Assembly: GCA_964569845.1 (NCBI GenBank)
Contig: CAZMUQ010000004.1
Coordinates: 1-61,270, forward strand
Reading direction: 5' to 3'
Length of the DNA: 61,270 nucleotides
Source of the DNA: an uncultured Candidatus Bathyarchaeia archaeon
GTDB lineage: Archaea; Thermoproteota; Bathyarchaeia; Hecatellales; Hecatellaceae
The notes under the pieces are model-generated. The model saw only the letters and a program-made list of their open reading frames with translations. It made no database searches and was not told where the DNA came from. Position 1 is the stretch's first letter, and every line of letters starts with the position of its first letter. The translations under genes were made by a program, and so were the position numbers. Below are positions 57,537 to 61,270 of the stretch, in pieces.

Positions 57537-58904
57537 TCACCAGTTTAATCCTGCTTTCTTTCTTTCATCTTTGTAGTGTTGCATTGTTTCTTCAAATGCT
57601 TCCGCCTTTCTTAAAGCATCCTCAGGATTGAAAACTCTTAAATCTACTATATCTCCCTCAACAATTAGGGATGGAACTTTAAGTATTCTCTCCAAAATTT
57701 CTCTTATTTCATAAAGTTGGGTTGTTGCAGAGCGACAACTTATAAGCGGGTGAAGCATAGCACCATCTACTTTATAATCTCTAGCCCAAATGGGATAACA
57801 AGCTGAAAACCCTTGACATTTTAAACCCATTTCTGCAGCCTTTTTAACATAACCTATAGAGAATTGGTAGAAGTGGCGGGCAATACGTTCTAATGGGTCC
57901 TCTATTTTTTCTAGGAGGTCTTTGCTTAACGGTATTGGTGGATGATAACCATAGCTTTCAATTACAAAGTTCCACCCTTTCTCGGCAAGATCTTCAAAAA
58001 ATCCTAGACTATGCCATGGTGGAAGTTCAGCAAACATTAGCCTATACTTTTCCTCCGGAACAGCGCCAATTCCATTATCAACCCTATACTTAACCTCCTT
58101 GTATAAATTCTCATAAAGTCTTATGTTATCCTCAAGATCCCCTAATAGAAAATATGCTGGTGGCATTGTTGACCAAAAATCTCTTGAATGCATTGGGCAG
58201 GGTATAGCTTTTCTTAACTCATTAATTTCAAACCAAATCCTATGTAGCTCTATTGTTTCATCAACGATTTTACTTAGCTTAGCCCAATCCATCTTCCTAC
58301 CTAAAAGTTTCTCTAAAAACTTTACAAATTCCATCAAATCCTTAACCAAAAACCTTATGCATTGGTTAACGTACTTTTCATCTAGGTAATGTTCTATTAT
58401 AGCTGGAGCTGGCGTATCAAGTGTCCATATTGGCGTATCCATATATCTACCCAATAATTGGAACCATTTGTATCTTGGGTCACATCCGGTTGAGGATGCT
58501 AAAAGTAAAACTGGTTTAGCCATTCCACCTAAAGGTGCTTCAGGGGGGATTTGCCCCTTAAGCTCTTTCATCATCCTTATAGTGTAGCCTAAGCAATTTC
58601 TACTATAGCCACATACGTGGCTTGGTATTCCATCTGAATCTGCTAGGTTTAGATATTTTTCTGCTACACCAAATGCTGCACAAACAGCACCATAATTTTC
58701 AGGATAAACAGCAACAACATCCATAGCCTTAAGAACAACATCACCAATCCACACATTAAACATGCACCAAGCTACAGGTTTACCCTCCTGCATAGCCTTA
58801 ACACTATCCATATAAGACTGGTCAACCTTAGCCCTAAGAGGCCTCATAGCCTCTAAACGCCTAATAACTCTTTTTCTTCCACTAGACAAGAAGAATACCT
58901 CCAA
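57537..58904 (-). CDS. 2-hydroxyacyl-CoA dehydratase / benzoyl-CoA reductase subunit (HgdB/BcrB family)
   Basis: GKPVAW, YPENY.A.C, VCGY, CDPRYKWF, ISCR, EGD..D.R.F. Confidence 0.87.
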   Translation of the reverse strand: MEVFFLSSGRKRVIRRLEAMRPLRAKVDQSYMDSVKAMQEGKPVAWCMFNVWIGDVVLKAMDVVAVYPENYGAVCAAFGVAEKYLNLADSDGIPSHVCGYSRNCLGYTIRMMKELKGQIPPEAPLGGMAKPVLLLASSTGCDPRYKWFQLLGRYMDTPIWTLDTPAPAIIEHYLDEKYVNQCIRFLVKDLMEFVKFLEKLLGRKMDWAKLSKIVDETIELHRIWFEINELRKAIPCPMHSRDFWSTMPPAYFLLGDLEDNIRLYENLYKEVKYRVDNGIGAVPEEKYRLMFAELPPWHSLGFFEDLAEKGWNFVIESYGYHPPIPLSKDLLEKIEDPLERIARHFYQFSIGYVKKAAEMGLKCQGFSACYPIWARDYKVDGAMLHPLISCRSATTQLYEIREILERILKVPSLIVEGDIVDLRVFNPEDALRKAEAFEETMQHYKDERKKAGLNW

Positions 58905-59013
58905 CTCATTAGATTATTATTAAATAAATATTTTTATTATATTTAACTAAATAAATAGTATGCATAATAAATAATATACATAATGGTATTTAGTTATGGT
59001 GAGGTGAGTTTTC

Positions 59014-61059
59014 TTGAAACAATTTGAAGAAGGAAGAAAAATTAAAATTGGAGATAAGGAAGTTGTTGTTCCACTGGGTGAGCTTGAATTAAAACCGAAT
59101 CCATCAGAATATGTAGCTGAAGTTCTTGTTGAACAAGGAGTTGATGTTGCATTTGGTGTTCATGGTGGAGATGTATGGCAACTTGCTGATGAAATGTCAA
59201 ATGCTGGAATAAAACTTATAACTTTCAGGCATGAACAAAATGCTGTTTACGCTGCTGAAGCATATTCTAAGGTTAGAAGAAGACCGGGCATTGTTTATGT
59301 TGATATGGGTCCTGGTTTAGCTAACGCTGTACCCGCACTTCACCAAGCATGGATAAGTAGAAGCCCAATAATACTCTTAGCTGGTGGAAGTATAGAGGAG
59401 CAAGATTACCTTTGGGCTACAATCCAAGAATCGCATTCAACAGAGTTACTTCATAGTATATGTAAGTGGACCTGTAGAGTTACTCATACAAACCAAGTTA
59501 AACAGTTTTTAACTAGAGCCTTCAAAATAGCTATGACCTACCCTTACGGACCTGTATCCGTAGAACTAACTTTCTCATTAAAAATCAAAAAAAGGGAAAG
59601 AGGTAAGGTATACCATACCGATGGTTTCTTTGGTGTATTTGGTGAACATCACCTATATATCCCAAGCTGGCTTGGCAATAGAACAAAAGAAAATCCCCGA
59701 ACTGGAGGTGGAGATCCAGAACTTATTGAAGAAGCTGTTAAGAAGATATATGAAAGTAAAGGACCCATTATTTTTGCTGGTGATGGTGCACATTGGGCTA
59801 ATGCTGGACCTGAAATTCAAAGGTTTTGCGAGCTTGCACAAGTTCCTGTAAGTGGTAGAAGACTTGGTAGGGGCTGCATACCAGAAGACCACCCATTACA
59901 TTTCAGAGCTAGAGCTATTAGACCTATTGGAGATGCAATAGACCTTGTTGTAATAGTTGGACATAAGGTTGGATTTTTTGATGGTTGGGGTTCAAACTGG
60001 AAGAGAGTTATCCAAATAAATGAGTCAACTGAGCATATTGCGACATGGCTTCCAACCGAAACTCTAATCATCGGTAATCCTAAGCTTGTATTTAAACAAA
60101 TGATTGAATACGTTGAAAAGCATAACCTTAAACCTCCACCTGAAAGAAAAGAATTTATTAAACTTGTACAAAAAGCTGAAAAAGAGCAAGAGCAAAGACT
60201 TCATGAAAGAGCTGAAAAGTATAAGGATAACAAGCCAATACATTATGGTTGGCTTGCCAAAGTTGTTTGGGATGTATGCGAAGAAAGATATGGCGGCAGA
60301 AACTACATAATCCAAGATGGTTACACTATTTCATACTACAGCCCACAATTTGTTAAAGCAAGATTCTCAGGCCAATGTATGGATGCAGCTGAGCATGCAG
60401 GTGTTGGCCATGGTATTGGTATGGCTATCGGTATATGTTTTGCTGACCCAGATTATGTGAAAAAATATCCTGTTGTTGTTATGATGGGTGATGCAGGCAT
60501 GGGTAATGCAGGAATGGAAATAGAAACGGCGCAAAGATACAACTTACCAATAGTATACATTGTCACTAATAATGATGGATGGTTAACAGGATGCAAATAC
60601 ATTGCTTGGTCAATATCTAAAGGTGAAAAATATGATGCATTAGGACCTCAAGACCAAACTCATCCTTATGGACATACAGAGTTTATAAACAATTTAAGGT
60701 ACGATAAGCTTTCAGAGGTTATCCCGGGAGTTTATGGTGAATGGGTTACTGATCCAAGTGAGCTTAAATCAGCAATAAATAGAGGATTTAATGCAGCAGA
60801 AACAGGACATACTACAATAATTAATGTTGACATTGACAAACGCTTAGTAAATCCTGTACAATGGACAACACCTTACGCATTCTGCTATGCTCACATATCA
60901 TGGGAAAAACTTCCGAAAACAGGTAAGGCTCTAAGGAAATTATGGTGTGGAACAATAGCTAAAATGTTAACAGGTAAACCAGTATTTGACTTTGAAAAAT
61001 GGGGTATCCCAGACCTACCATTACCTGACCCGTGGGATCCTCAAGAAGCAGAACCCTAA
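59014..61059 (+). CDS. TPP-dependent enzyme, acetolactate synthase/2-hydroxyacyl-CoA lyase-like
   Basis: FRHEQNAVYAAEAY, GPGLANA, GHGIGMAIG, GDAGMG...NND. Confidence 0.88.
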   Translation: MKQFEEGRKIKIGDKEVVVPLGELELKPNPSEYVAEVLVEQGVDVAFGVHGGDVWQLADEMSNAGIKLITFRHEQNAVYAAEAYSKVRRRPGIVYVDMGPGLANAVPALHQAWISRSPIILLAGGSIEEQDYLWATIQESHSTELLHSICKWTCRVTHTNQVKQFLTRAFKIAMTYPYGPVSVELTFSLKIKKRERGKVYHTDGFFGVFGEHHLYIPSWLGNRTKENPRTGGGDPELIEEAVKKIYESKGPIIFAGDGAHWANAGPEIQRFCELAQVPVSGRRLGRGCIPEDHPLHFRARAIRPIGDAIDLVVIVGHKVGFFDGWGSNWKRVIQINESTEHIATWLPTETLIIGNPKLVFKQMIEYVEKHNLKPPPERKEFIKLVQKAEKEQEQRLHERAEKYKDNKPIHYGWLAKVVWDVCEERYGGRNYIIQDGYTISYYSPQFVKARFSGQCMDAAEHAGVGHGIGMAIGICFADPDYVKKYPVVVMMGDAGMGNAGMEIETAQRYNLPIVYIVTNNDGWLTGCKYIAWSISKGEKYDALGPQDQTHPYGHTEFINNLRYDKLSEVIPGVYGEWVTDPSELKSAINRGFNAAETGHTTIINVDIDKRLVNPVQWTTPYAFCYAHISWEKLPKTGKALRKLWCGTIAKMLTGKPVFDFEKWGIPDLPLPDPWDPQEAEP

Positions 61060-61270
61060 AATAGGGTTAACAATCCTTTTTTTATATCTACACTTATACC
61101 TATACCTACCTTTAAGGCTATTTTATGAATAAGTTAAAAACTGCTGAAAATTTTTCCAGTATAATCGCTATTACTATAGGGTTTGATTACAATATTTTTG
61201 GCTGTTTTCCCTTTACCCATGGTTCTTGCTCAATAAAAATGCTTTAATGCTTTTAAGCGATTTAGCGCGC

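Noticed and set aside
1774-60315. Numerous 60-200 aa ORFs antisense or out of frame within recognised genes
   Set aside because: Ser/Phe/Ile-rich shadow ORFs expected from the codon bias of the real genes
1-61270. CRISPR arrays, tRNA/rRNA genes, IS elements, proviral genes
   Set aside because: No periodic repeats, cloverleaf or T-loop motifs, rRNA signatures, transposase or integrase seen

Overview
AT-rich archaeal chromosomal segment of a TACK-type organism. Bathyarchaeia-like is my guess from gene content and cannot be verified here. It is densely coding, with about 65 genes: translation and tRNA functions (tyrS, leuS, alaS, rpl11, aIF6, trm14, trm56, TtuA-like, hflX), transcription (spt5, TFE-alpha, a TFE-beta/RPC34-like gene, MBF1), repair (Lhr, Hjc, RPA), a SufS/IscS-like/IscU sulfur cluster, and anaerobic acyl-CoA catabolism (HdrD-like-EtfAB, OYE reductase, enoyl-CoA hydratase, paired ACADs, ACD, HgdB/BcrB-like, TPP enzyme). 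No tRNA, rRNA, CRISPR array or transposase was found. The most interesting signals are RNA-level. (1) A 34-nt bulge-helix-bulge (BHB) intron splits tyrS inside its HIGH motif; cutting at the canonical BHB positions restores the frame and GFEPSGLVHIG. (2) An unannotated 230-nt, GC-rich, doubly pseudoknotted RNA lies between RPA and a FAU-1-like RNase and is closed by a near-canonical BHB, so it is a candidate 203-nt circular RNA. (3) About 150 nt from that RNA, a promoter plus hairpin unit carries a 28/31-nt copy of its core and would pair with it in trans. (4) An H/ACA guide RNA next to tyrS probably targets 23S helix 69. All RNA folds were derived by eye and need computational and RNA-seq confirmation.
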